Origin: Mytilus californianus
Lineage: Eukaryota
Reading direction: 5' to 3'
Assembly: GCF_021869535.1 (NCBI RefSeq)
Contig: NW_026262734.1
Location: 35,650,001-35,714,000 of the forward strand
DNA length: 64,000 nucleotides
Part shown: positions 12,905 through 24,947 of the stretch, piece by piece
Layout of the letters: every line of letters starts with the position of its first letter
Position numbering within the stretch: the stretch's first letter is position 1
Position numbers and translations under genes: made by a program
Notes under the pieces: generated by a model
Databases searched by the model: none
What the model saw: only the letters and a program-made list of their open reading frames with translations
Told to the model about the DNA's origin: nothing

Positions 12905-14563
12905 TACGGGGCCCCGAACGGGACTCTTGTGGTTTTGTACTCGAAATTCAATTTTGTACGGACAAAAGTGAGTTTTGGTCAACAAAAATGAGTTCAGTTT
13001 AACAAAATTTGTAGCATACTACAAATTTAAATTTTGTCATACAAAATTATCTTTCAGTGGACAAAAGTTACTTTTGTCATGACAAAATTCATTTTTGTAT
13101 CACAGACTTTACTTTTGTTACCTAAATTTGAAAATTGGGCGACAAAAGTCAATTTTGTATGCAAATTAGTTTAGTTTGGGTTCTGTGAACTAATTTGCAT
13201 ACAAAACTGAGATTTTGTCACAAAATTCAATTTTGTGTTTATTTTTGTGTAGACAAAATTGAGTTTTGTTAAACAGAAGTGAAAATTTAACAAAAGTTAA
13301 TTTTGTATGCAAATGAATTCTCTCATCACGATTTTGTAAGAAGGCCTCTCATTGGATATAGTAACCGCGGGTCTCGCAGGTTCAAGGACATATCATATGG
13401 GTGATGCGCTATTCTGCAAAAGTAAGTATAAATACCTAATAAAGTATATATGGCAAATATAGGACATTTTGTACAATATTTTTTATTCAATTATGACGTC
13501 CTTCTTTGGCTTTAATGTCAACAAACCCATGTTACTTATGGGATACACGTGATTGACGTCACAATTGAACTTCCGACGTCAGTTATTTTTCAAAAGACGA
13601 TTTAGAGTATCGTGTAGTCATTTGTTCTCGATAGTAATCAGTTCTCGATAACAATGCGCGTGGTTAAAATAGACGTATTTCGCGAAATCGCACATGTTTT
13701 CTATTTGTCGGGATTTCAAGGACAGAACAAAAACTCGCTTCAAGCAAGCAATAATTTCACCATTTCAAGTTTTCAGACATGGTACAACAGTAGAAATAAT
13801 ATTTTCCGATTTTAACCTACAGTACTTTTCCTTATTCCCAAAACTACCCCAACCTCATCCCATCGGTTCATAAATAGCACGTTTTCCCCATAAGTAACAT
13901 GAGTTTGTTGACATTAAAGCAAAAGAAGGACGTCATATTAGAATAATCACTATTGCACAAAATGTCCTATATTTGACATATATACTTTATTAGGTATTAC
14001 TTACTTTTGCAGAATAGCGCATCACCCATATGATATGTCCTTGAACCTGCGAGACCCGCGTTTACTATAGCCAATGAGAGGCCTTCTTACAAAATCATTT
14101 TTTGAGAGAATTCATTTGCAGATCCAAATTTGCATACAAAATTGACTTCTTTTAAAAAGTCAATTTTGTGTTAAATTTTCACTTCTGTTTAACAAAACTC
14201 AATTTTGTCTACACAAAAATAATTTTAATTACAAAATCACAGGATGCTAATTTAATCAACATGTTAATTGCTTACAAATTCAATTTTGTCTCACAAAATT
14301 TACTTTTGTGTTTTAATTTCCATATCAGGTAACAAAAGTCAATTGTGTATGCAAATAAGTTTATATTTGCATACCTATTTGACAAAATTCAATTTTGTCT
14401 ACAAAAATGAATTTTGTCATTACAAAATTGAAGTTCTCATAAAACAAGTCTGTATCACATAGTTTTGTAAGACAAAAATGATTTTGTTATGACAAAATTG
14501 AATTTTGTGTACACAAAATTGATTTTGATTACAAAAAGTTCACGTCCCATTCGGCGCCCCGTA
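12905..14563. mobile_element. Foldback DNA transposon, 1659 bp, with ~640-680 bp inverted arms
   Basis: Termini TACGGGGCCCCGAACGGGAC / GTCCCATTCGGCGCCCCGTA. Arms about 12905-13541 and 13885-14563 carry many CAAAATT..ATTTTG subrepeats. TTTGG flanks both sides (12900-12904, 14564-14568). Confidence 0.85.
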
Positions 14564-16408
14564 TTTGGTGGGGTATAATGAATATAGAGAATAATTCGTA
14601 CAAATAACGAAAAGAAATTAATCATAGTGAATTTAAATAATAGATAGAGAACAGTGAGGTTCTTAAACTGGTTTTAAAATATAAAAATATAAGTAATGTA
14701 CAGAATATGGAAATGTTCGTCCCAAAATTAGTTTTGTAAAAACAGTAAGTTCATAATTAAAAATAAAAAAGAACGTTGCGTGAGTGAAATTGTTTGGGTT
14801 AGTCTGCATATATCTTATGCAAATCGACTGCTTTCTCGCTACTGCAACAGCTACTCCACACATACTGTGGCATATTGTAGGTATGCTAGGTCACAGAAGT
14901 TTAGTCGTTACATTTGGAATTTATCTTTACAGTATACACAAAGAATGTCACCTAATTTAGAAAATAAAATTCAAGGACAGGGCCGGGGTCTGATATTGTG
15001 AGAATCGCTGCCTTAATTTCTCAAAAAAAAAAACACTTCTAACATGAATCGATCATACGCAGTCAGTACTCATTGGACCATCTAAGAGATTGTTTTTTGC
15101 CCAGCCTTTGTGCACATGCAAGTTCATTATGCAAACTTTAAAAAATATATCTAAATTAAGGGTTTTGACCCAGCTTTCAAAGTTCATTGAACATGAATAT
15201 GTGAAAGTGTGACTAGCACGGTATCTAATGGAAACATATTTGTGTTGTGTTATGTTTTGTTCTTCGGTCTTAAATTAAACGTTTTCTCTATTATTTTTTC
15301 TGTTTAAATCCAAATATAATGAAAATTATAAAAAGTGTGTTAACGTCTTTTAGATAATAATTGTAGGAGAGATTTGATCATGCATACCAACATTTTAGTG
15401 AGTTGTTTAATGGGATTTTGCATGGGCTTTCTTTTTGCAGGTCCGAGAAGCATATGAATGTCTGCCAAAATCTATGCATTTTAATGAATACGCAAAAAAG
15501 TGGCTTTTCTATGACGTCACAACTATTGTTATTGTAAAGTCGTTGATTCTTATCTCTCCGTTTTCATGTTGGTTTTATTTCAACTTTAAAACTACTAATG
15601 CCCTTATGGACCCTGGACTTTCTTATCTCTTTTGTATTCTATTTTATATGCAATCCTTCTAATCTATGATTCGATAGAGAAGTACAGTCAAATGTATCAT
15701 ATGTTCAAAATACGAATAAAGATGATGTGGAGTATACTTCAATGACACAGCAAACCAATCAAAGTGGTCAACCTAGAGGTCATCACAGTCAATAATCGCA
15801 GTCTTTACAAAAAGACAGGTTTCTGTACAACATATCGAGCTCTAAATCGTCCCGAGTATAAAAAAATGTTTAGAATCAATTAAACAGAAACTATTAAAGA
15901 TCTGTCATCAACACCAAGTTCTCCAAATAACAGAGAGAAAAAAAAAACATTTAAGAATTGAATGCTTCTTTTTGTAATTCTATTAGATTGTAAAAACGTT
16001 GACCGAAGTACAGTGTGTATGAAGCGAGGAAGCAAATTGACAAAATGCTACTGCAGAGGTACCTTACTTGGAACAGGTATATATATAAATGTGCAGTTAA
16101 AATAGTTTTGTACATATCAAATCCCCCTTTTTAATCTCAACCAGATGGCTAACAAAATGTACATGAAAGAACTCAAAGTAAAATCAATGTAAGAAAAGCA
16201 CTTTCCTCGTTTGTGCATGCAATAGATAACAAAAACGAAAGTACAAAAAATAATTATGTTACCTATCAAATAATGCTTGCAGTTTTTACTTGAAGCAAGC
16301 TCAAAGTCTTAGCATGCTGACATTAAATCGTGCTGCCCTAAATTCTCATATCGAAAATGACTGCAACAATGTTTATGGAATATAACTGACAAATTTAAAT
16401 TTCATAGT

Positions 16409-18064
16409 TCATTTGCATTTGAAAACTGCCAACACATTATTTCGATCCATTCCTACATATAGTTTACTATAATCGCTACTGAAATGCAAAGCAATCGGTA
16501 TACCGATTCCGTCATCTTCCGTAAGTACAATATCAATGAATGATCCATCAGGAGCGAGCCTGTGTATATTTTTCTGTCTTCTGTCTGCGACGTATATATT
16601 TCCATATTGATCTTCAGCTATGCCACGTGCCTCAGTTGTTGAAGAGTACTCAAAAATTGACGTGCCATCTATTAAACGGATACAATATAAATTATAGGAG
16701 TTGGTGAACAATAGTGTATCGTCTTGTCTTTTTCGTATACAGCGAATTTTACTATCCTTAATGTTAGGGACAGTAAAAGGTCGGTTTACACTACCATCAA
16801 ACGATATAATGTCCAAAATATTGACTCCGCCAAAAATAAACGCATGATCAAGTGTTTTCAAAGCAGTGTATGATTTTTCTGTATTTATCATGCGAATGCT
16901 ATCTAAACTTTCACTGTCAATTATCAAAATAGTTGAAGAATCTAGTGTAGTCAGTGCAACATGTGATTCGTTGGGCATCTTTGATATTTGATATGGCTTG
17001 ATTTCAGTGCATTTTTCTTTAATAAATGTACCGTCATTTTTATACACCAATATCTTGCTTGCATTAAAATGACATAACAATAGTCTATCGCCTATTATTT
17101 CTATACCAGATATTGCGCATGTTCCATTCAACGATAAGTCAATTGAATTAGCTGGTGTGAAAGACAAAACGGCTGGTACAAACTGTGCTTTTGTATCCAA
17201 TTGAGATATATGGCTAATACCGCAATGCTGATTTGCAACATTTACTTTGCAATGCGAGGAAATCATGGTGCATAAGTCTTCTTCTACAAAGTATTTCAGA
17301 TCAAAGTTCATTGTCCTTGTTAAATTGTCTTGAAGTTTCATTTCCTCATCTGATATCATATTTTTAAGCTTTTGAACCAAACGAAATAACTGGTTATTAG
17401 AGCCATGTTCGATATTGAAATCAAGTTCTTGTTTAATTTTCTGCCAATTTTGGCTCATTGATTTTGATTCGGTTATATCAGCATTAAGCTGGGATACGGT
17501 TTCGTCTTTTAATTTTGCCAATTCAAAAAGTAGAGATGTTTCAAGAGATTCAACATGTTGCAGTAAATCCTGTTTTAACTTTTCTATTGATGTTTTAATA
17601 ATTGATTCTTGTAAAAACACTGATTCTTTATTGTTTTTGCGATTTTCTATAACTGACTGAAATGTTTTCAGAAAGGAAGAAACTGCTTTTGATACGTCTT
17701 CCACTAGAGCCGACGATTTTATACCACTAGATACATCATCAATAACTTTAACCTGCTTACAAGCTCGATGACTATCAGGTATGCATGTCTGACAGCAAAC
17801 GACGTCATGAAATGCGCAATAAAAGTCAACAATCTTTTCTGGGTGATTTTCACAGAAACGTAATTTGATAACTGTTTCTGTCGGAATAAACGGTAATTCG
17901 CGTATCTCGGTTAGGTTATGCGACAGAGTTAGTTTGTTCACTCGGTGAGATTTGTCACAAACATCACATAATATTTCCTCACAGTCAGAACACCAGCTGT
18001 AACCAGATGAGACAGTATCACCTCTTGAACATGGTTCGCAGACACGTTGATCGTTTGATGCCAT
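16409..18064 (-). CDS. RING-less TRIM-like protein, paralogue of 6643-8301, 551 aa
   Basis: Same architecture and alignable over the full length. Acceptor TTTAAAG also lies 11 nt upstream of the ATG (exon starts 18075). Confidence 0.92.
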   Translation of the reverse strand: MASNDQRVCEPCSRGDTVSSGYSWCSDCEEILCDVCDKSHRVNKLTLSHNLTEIRELPFIPTETVIKLRFCENHPEKIVDFYCAFHDVVCCQTCIPDSHRACKQVKVIDDVSSGIKSSALVEDVSKAVSSFLKTFQSVIENRKNNKESVFLQESIIKTSIEKLKQDLLQHVESLETSLLFELAKLKDETVSQLNADITESKSMSQNWQKIKQELDFNIEHGSNNQLFRLVQKLKNMISDEEMKLQDNLTRTMNFDLKYFVEEDLCTMISSHCKVNVANQHCGISHISQLDTKAQFVPAVLSFTPANSIDLSLNGTCAISGIEIIGDRLLLCHFNASKILVYKNDGTFIKEKCTEIKPYQISKMPNESHVALTTLDSSTILIIDSESLDSIRMINTEKSYTALKTLDHAFIFGGVNILDIISFDGSVNRPFTVPNIKDSKIRCIRKRQDDTLLFTNSYNLYCIRLIDGTSIFEYSSTTEARGIAEDQYGNIYVADRRQKNIHRLAPDGSFIDIVLTEDDGIGIPIALHFSSDYSKLYVGMDRNNVLAVFKCK

Positions 18065-18739
18065 GTGAAAAATATCTTTAAAAAATAATAAGAATTACAA
18101 ATTGAATGACAATCCAATTAAATACAGAATACAAACGGAGCAATATCCAACGTAGTGTTTGAATAACGAAATGGCTTTGAAAATAAAATGTTTCATCGGT
18201 TCAACATATGTTCAACATGTTCGAAGATGAAAAATTACAAAGATATTTAAATAAAGTTTTTATTGCCCAAGACGATTTCGGACAGATCAACCATAAATTG
18301 GATTGTAAATTGTATTAGGTTGAGGGGGCGTGTCTATTAAAGCAAAATGAATAAGACTTGTGAAGTCTTCTCCATAATACAATAAAAATTATAAACTTAT
18401 CACAATATTATGAGCATGCATTTAAGCAAACAGTTTGTAGGATATTATACGAGCTATATAAAAAAGAAAATGATTGAGAGGTAATATAATTCTTTGGCGA
18501 TGACTTGGGTGTTGATGGTGATTTCAACGTTGATAATGACCCACTCAAGTATCAATAACACTTTGTGAAGGTATACGAAATATTGTTTTCCGGGTATTCT
18601 TTTTAACTTGATTAAATTTGATATAAATGTCAAGGCCAAACATGTTTTTTTTTTATTTTGTACACTTGTGTATGGTTAGCATTGCTTGTTACAAAGGCTT
18701 TTACATAAGCACATGTCTGTGCAAGCTGCAGACGATTTT

Positions 18740-19040
18740 ATGCAAACAAACTATGGATGTATATATACAGATTTTCCCCACATACAATCATGGATTGGAA
18801 CCAACTACCGGACAAGCTGTTAAACGTCTAACGCATAAGCGAGTTTTAAAAAACGGCTCACTAAACTTCATTGAAACCCTATCCAGAATCAACAACACTG
18901 ATGTTAACAGTTTATTTTTGAATTCACCGTAAACTATGCACCAGTTATTTATTATTGATTTAATTTACAACATAGCCTTTGATGGAATATGTTTGAGTGA
19001 TGAATCGATGGATGACCCGGCTCTTCCAAGCAAATTATAT
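18740..19040 (+). mobile_element. Degenerate LINE (CR1/L2-type) 3' fragment
   Basis: Translates to FPHTIMDWNQLPD, matching the RT C-terminal FFPxTIxxWNxLP motif. Confidence 0.55.
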
Positions 19041-19312
19041 ATACTACATCCCTTGTCCCAGTTGATCAGTACAAATGTGTTTGCATCTCTTCTAAGAGGG
19101 AATGGATGGGGTTAATAAAATAGAGAATAATGAGCCAAGACTACAGAAAAACGGACCAAGAAATACAAAATAGACCAAAAATTAAGAATAGAGAAAATAT
19201 AAAGAATGTTTAATAAGGGGCAAAATTGAGAGAAAAATGGCCCAATATGTAACAGAATACAGAAATGAGGGTCCCCTTTCCAGAACCCTTTCTACGATCA
19301 TCAAATGAAGGC

Positions 19313-19617
19313 AAGCGGAAGTTAAATAGATTTTCAATTTTATAAATACATATATAATACTTCAATTCTACATTATTACAGAGTTTTGATAATCACAAAC
19401 CTGTGTCAGAGTCGGTCTTTGACATTATGGAACAATGATTTTGATTCTTGCAATATACTTGTCAACACCAGAGGTGGTATGCAGAGATTCGAAGATAGAA
19501 AAATAGTTCCTTGAAAACATGCGCGCACCTTTTTATCAATAACCAGATGTAAAATTTATCGAGCAGTGACGTGACAGGAAACCTTTCTTTATTCAATTTT
19601 CAAATGTTTAAATCGAC
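19313..19617 (-). promoter_or_regulatory. Conserved upstream module, copy C (candidate promoter of TRIM-like 16409-18064)
   Basis: Same ordered blocks as copies A and B; lies 1.25 kb upstream of the ATG. Confidence 0.5.
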
Positions 19618-20954
19618 ATGAAAACTTCTTCGTTCCGATTTAAAAAGACACAGTTACTATGTACCTATACGTTTGTATAGGTACTAATTTGGTATTATTT
19701 TTTTTCTTTTTTTTTCCATGTACCTAAATTGTTATATATTTTTACTACAAATATCAAACTTAAATTGTCAATTATATTATAGTTAATTCCTCGGAGAGTA
19801 AAATAGAAAGTTGTAAAATTTGCGTTTTTAGAAATACTTGTACTATTCAACACAAACTACGGTAAAAAAATTACCCCCCCCCCCCCCTATGAAACTCTCC
19901 TTTAGACGTCCCAATCCTACAAGTAAAACGCATCATGACAATATATGGCACTCGAGACCAGGACAAATTTTGAATAACTTGGCACCAATATGTTTACAAA
20001 AATTGCTTCATAATAATCATTCAAAATATATTTAAAGATACTTTAACATGTGTTTTGTCCATTTTGATATAGTTAATGACCAGATGAATAGTTTTTATAA
20101 TTACTTTATACCTTTTAAAACACACATGCAGTCAACAAACATTATTCAGTATTCTCATCTGATAAATTATATTTGTGAGTGTCCACTTTAAAGGCAATAG
20201 TAAAATACTTTCATACTTGTTGACACTTGAGATGCAAAAGGATAGCCAGGATAGATTTTACAATGAAATCCTTGATATGTCAAACAATACCCTGTTTTCA
20301 AAGTAGAGGATAGAAATTTAAAACATCAAAATAACATTCGACTCATGCAATGATCTTAATTATTATGAAAAAATAATGATTTGATGCGTAAGATTTACAT
20401 CAGTTTTGCTGAAGGCCAAAAATGTTATAGAGCAGATTCAATAATTCCAGGGCCGTACAAAATGTAACTACATTGAGGCAAATGAGGCATTTCATGTTGG
20501 AAATTTCGAGAAAGAAAAAAAGATAAGTTGAAACAAAAGCTTGTCTTCATATCAAATTGTTTTCACGGCGAGTGTCTTGCAAGAAGCAAGTTCTGTTCAC
20601 CCTCTGACGTCGTCCCCTGTTTTTCGGGATCCATGTTCCTGATTTATTTTTAGTTTTCAGTGTTGATGGTCTATTGTTTGTCGTTATGTGTCTTATCTGT
20701 TACCGGGTTTGTCTTTTGTTCGTTTATTGCCCTTCTTCATGACTATTGTCTTAGTGTTGAATTTCATTTGTAAATTTAATTTAGTAATTTTGTTTTTAAA
20801 TTGAGTTTTATTATATTTAAGGACCTTTTGTCTAATTTTAAAAACTACTTTAAATTGTAAAAATATTTGAAATTAGCTCTCCCTTTTTGTTCTGAGGCGG
20901 CATTAAGCGAACACCAATCAATCAATCAATCAATCTTTATAACTAACGCTTCAA

Positions 20955-21190
20955 TTGTCCAATATTAAGCTGTTGTTGATTCTTCTCGTAACATCTGTAT
21001 GTTGTAAACGTTCATTCTCTGCTTTGCGTAGACTTAAGACTTGGAAAAGTTCAACGATGACGGGTGAAAGGTTGTGTGGTTTGGCAATGTTGCATGTCCA
21101 CCGATGCCCAGATATTGTTCGAAAAAATGTTTTGAGAAGATTCAAAGCTACCGGATATAGAAAAATTGGTCGTTTTTTTCATGGAAAATT
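20955..21190 (+). pseudogene. hAT transposase C-terminal dimerisation-domain relic
   Basis: VTSVCCKRSFSALRRLKTWKSSTMTGERLCGLAMLHVHR matches the hATC consensus, with the catalytic E replaced by K; the rest of the transposase is absent. Confidence 0.8.
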
Positions 21191-22393
21191 AAACTTTATA
21201 TTAAAGAATACAAGACTGGCTCTCTTTTCTGTAAATAAAACTAAAAAGCTGACATGGATTAAATTAAAGTGAGACAACCAATCTCCCGGAATCAAATCAT
21301 TTAAAAAGAAAAATCATGTATTGCCATGCGACCTTTTACATTGAAGGGTTAAACTTGCATTAAGCCGTGTTCAGGCCCTTAAATAGAAAATAAAGGATAT
21401 GGAGTAAATGTGCATGGGACAAAATCGCACACACTACATAGAAAAGGTACATATTATCAATGAACAGGGTTTTTATTCCTGTTCTTCATCTTGGCAGTCG
21501 CTTGGGGGTCTTCAACAATGAAAGAATCATTCATATCCCACAATAAGGTCAAGACGGCCCCTAGCGTCGACTTCAGCGGTACTTAAAGTATTGTACTGTG
21601 AATAAATTTCGAAGTCACAAAAAAATACACCAAAGTCTAAACATAATACAAGACCAGAACAGACAGATCCGACATTAATCAACCGGTATAAAATGTAGCA
21701 ATGAGGTCTAAGAACAGTTTACCTGAGTATACCCCGAGTGTACCCTTTTATCCCACTTAGGAACTACATCAAGTTGTAATTGAAATGTGTTATAAAATCT
21801 GAATTCACATAGTTAAATAAATGATAATCAGCCCCCTCTTAACTTGATTTGAAAAAAAAAATAATTGACAGGTATAATACGTTTTCTGCAAGTCGAAACT
21901 CAATTAACAAAAAAAAAAAACAGCCACACACTTAATTATGTGAAATACGGTTTTTGCTTTATCCTACTTATCAGTCTTTTGATGTTGTCCCTACAATGAA
22001 TCTATATATTTTGCTTTGAGACAAAAATATTGTCGAAAACATAATTAAAACAAAACTTGCGTTTCAGATTAAGAACGGGTCCGAGAAGCTCAGAATGCAC
22101 AATTTTGCGTTATTTTTCCCGAACTTCTGGGGGCCTTGCGCGGCCCCCCAGACTCCTCGCCGAAATTGGCTTCGCTCGGCGAATATATTTTGCCTCACTT
22201 TTAAAAGAGGCTAGTTTCGGCCCTGAACTCCAAAGATATTTATGATTAAGCGTGGTCCAATGAAAACCATTTTCTCTCTCTGGCTTTTATAGAGTATGCA
22301 TAGGAGACCGTGCTTTAATTTTTGCATGTTAAAAAAAAAGAGGGGGGAGGGGTATAATCCAAAATTGCAAGGCATTGTTCTTAAAAATTTCAG

Positions 22394-22833
22394 ATGACCC
22401 AGTTATCTTCTTTGTTGCCATTAAGGAAATGTATGCAATTATCAAACAGCGTCACACTGCTGTAGACCATGGTGGACTGCATAAAACATACAATGACATG
22501 AAAACGTATTATGCCAACATAAGCCGTGAAGCAATAAAAACATTTCTGAAACTTTGCGATCACTCTGCTCTAAAGAAACACGTTCTGGGCTTTTGATTAT
22601 TGTTTTTTATTATGCAATAAATTTAAAATGTATATTCTGCTTTATTTAAATTTATTTTCCAATTTTGTACAAGTTAAAACCATTTTTAAGCAATATTTTG
22701 TACATTTTATAACATTTACGAGGTACTTTTGTACATGTTATAACTTGTATTTTTGCATTGTACAAATTATAACATGTACAATATTTTTGTACATGTTATC
22801 ACATGTACAATAAATCGCAACTTGTACACGACA
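22394..22833 (+). mobile_element. Ginger2/KRBA2-like integrase relic and element terminus
   Basis: EMYAIIKQRHTAVDHGGLHKTY..YANISREAIKTFLKLC resembles the KRBA2/SCAND3 integrase zinc-binding region. The segment ends CTTGTACACGACA (..ACA terminus). Confidence 0.65.
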
Positions 22834-22991
22834 TATATACGAGCTAGCGAGTTAATATGGATATAAGTTTTAATTAGATTGATGTCACTTTTGTGGTAAG
22901 AAATCTTTTCGTTTTGTAGCTTCTTCCATACTGGATATTCTATAATATATATATATATATATATAATTCGTCTCAAATTCAGCCCAACAAT

Positions 22992-23100
22992 GTTAGATCT
23001 GTAAATTTGTGTCAGCGGGATTCAAACCCTTGCGTCTGTGACATCGTGGCAACTCCGCCTGCACTGTGACCAGCGCCCTAGACCACTCGACCAACTAGGC
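22992..23100 (-). mobile_element. tRNA-derived SINE head
   Basis: Minus strand has A box TGGTCGAGTGG and B box GGTTTGAATCC about 54 nt apart, with no cloverleaf. Confidence 0.65.
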
Positions 23101-24947
23101 TACAAGTATATAAAACTATATCTTAAATTTCGTTAGTCGAGTACAAATACCTTTTCTCGTATATAAATATATAATATATATAATTATACTAGACTACTTA
23201 AGGACTAAACACAGTTTTGCACATTTTAGGGGTTTTGTTCAGCCCGCTGTACTGGTTCTAAGTGTTGTTACTCTGCTTGCAGGTAATTTGATACAAGTTC
23301 TAGCATTTTTATGCTGGCTAACTAGCTTACATTGTAATTTATTATTTTAAGTTTCATTATGGTAGCTGTCCCACCTCAGTCGGTGCACATAGAGGTGCTA
23401 GCAGGGGTGGGTACCGGACTCAGTGTGGAGATAAAAAAACTTAAATAAAATTAAATATCTCATTTCTATAAGCTTGGCTCTATTTTAAATTTTTTTTAAT
23501 TTTTTATGCAGGATACTGTCTGAATATATACGTGATAGCCAGATAAAGAGCGCTTTGTGTCTTTATATGTTTCTGTCGGGTAATAGCCTCCTTCAACAAA
23601 TTGAAGATTATGCTATATAAGATTTTTTGTTTCCTAACAAGTTCCGTTTGCAGGATAGGACCTCATGTAAGAAATCTTTGTGCTGTTATCCAATGGAAAT
23701 AACGATATTCAAGTGAAATTTAAATTTTAAACTTTAAAAACTGGCTAAAAACAGTAGGAACCTCCAAGGCTCTAGAGGTTTGACACTAGGGCCTTGAAGA
23801 CACCTAGTGTTTCTGTCTGTGGGTTGTCCGGTGATAAGGCGTTCTAGTCCCTTATAATCTGTGGTAAGTATGAAAACTTATGTGGTGCATCAATACGTGA
23901 GTGTGGTAATTGATGTGCTTTTGAATGTTCTCTATTTTATGAAACATGACTAGTCTGGTAAAAATTGGCAGATTAATGGTGCAAAATCAGCAGATGTCGT
24001 ATCAGCAGATGGGTGATCTAGACCCGTCTCAGTCTGGTTCCCTTTCTACGTTGTTGAAGTGATATTTCCATTGCTGAGTGCAGGTGATCTATCATTTCTG
24101 AGACACTAGCAGTTGGTTTTGTACTTGTTTGTCACGTATTTGGCAGTTTTTGTTTGTGTATATGTTTTATTATTGTAGATAGATTCTTTTATGGCTGGGT
24201 CCCAAACAGTTGAGGTATATTCTGATCATAGATATTGGCTTTTACTTTTGTTCATGAAATTCATGATATTTTCCCGCAAAAATCCGAGTGTTTTACTAGC
24301 TTCGTCCGTTATCTGCTGTATTATTGGTCTCATTTCAGGTTGTTTTGTATGGTGGTATATAATATATGCTCGTTTTAATTTTTAGTTATTACAAGTAAAA
24401 ATATAGTTAATTTCACGTTCAATGACTATCAGGACTGACCAGATTAAGTTGCAATTGTCTTACTTTCATCTTTTATATTAGATTGGCTGATTGCTTTACG
24501 TACAGTTACACTTGTACGTGCTTTAAGTGTCGGTTTTTTTGTGTGCTAGACCAAGGATTTGTATAGTATTACCTTAGATAATAAAATGACTATTATATCT
24601 ATGGTATTAGTACTATACAAATCCAGGCTGAGTTGGCTGTTTTATAATTATTTATTTGCTTTTAATGTTTGATTTTTTTGTTTATTTATTCTTTTTTTTT
24701 ACTGTAATTGTTTTCATTTTGGGAGAAAAGCTCATCAGATCTGTTTGAATGAAATGTTTGTCTGATGTCAATACGTCGAATCCAAATAAAGTTTAACTTA
24801 CTTACTTTCGGAAAAAAGTCGTTGTCTGTTCCGCATCCAGTTTTGTATTTTAAAATCATTTATTGACAGGAAATGACGAACAACACACAAAATCGAAAAC
24901 CACGTTTTTCGGTGTAAACAGATTCAGCTGATCAGATATCATCTATT

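Noticed and set aside
20448-22225. Possible single hAT bounded by CAGGGCCG...CGGCCCTG around the hATC relic
   Set aside because: Only 8 bp of TIR match and the flanks (AATAATTC vs AACTCCAA) give no TSD; probably ends of separate elements.
23011-23100. tRNA gene
   Set aside because: A and B boxes are present but spacing is long and no acceptor or anticodon stems form; treated as a SINE head.
24400-24805. LINE 3' tail ending CAAATAAA..(ACTT)n
   Set aside because: Suggestive, but no coding relic could be read; too weak to list as a feature.
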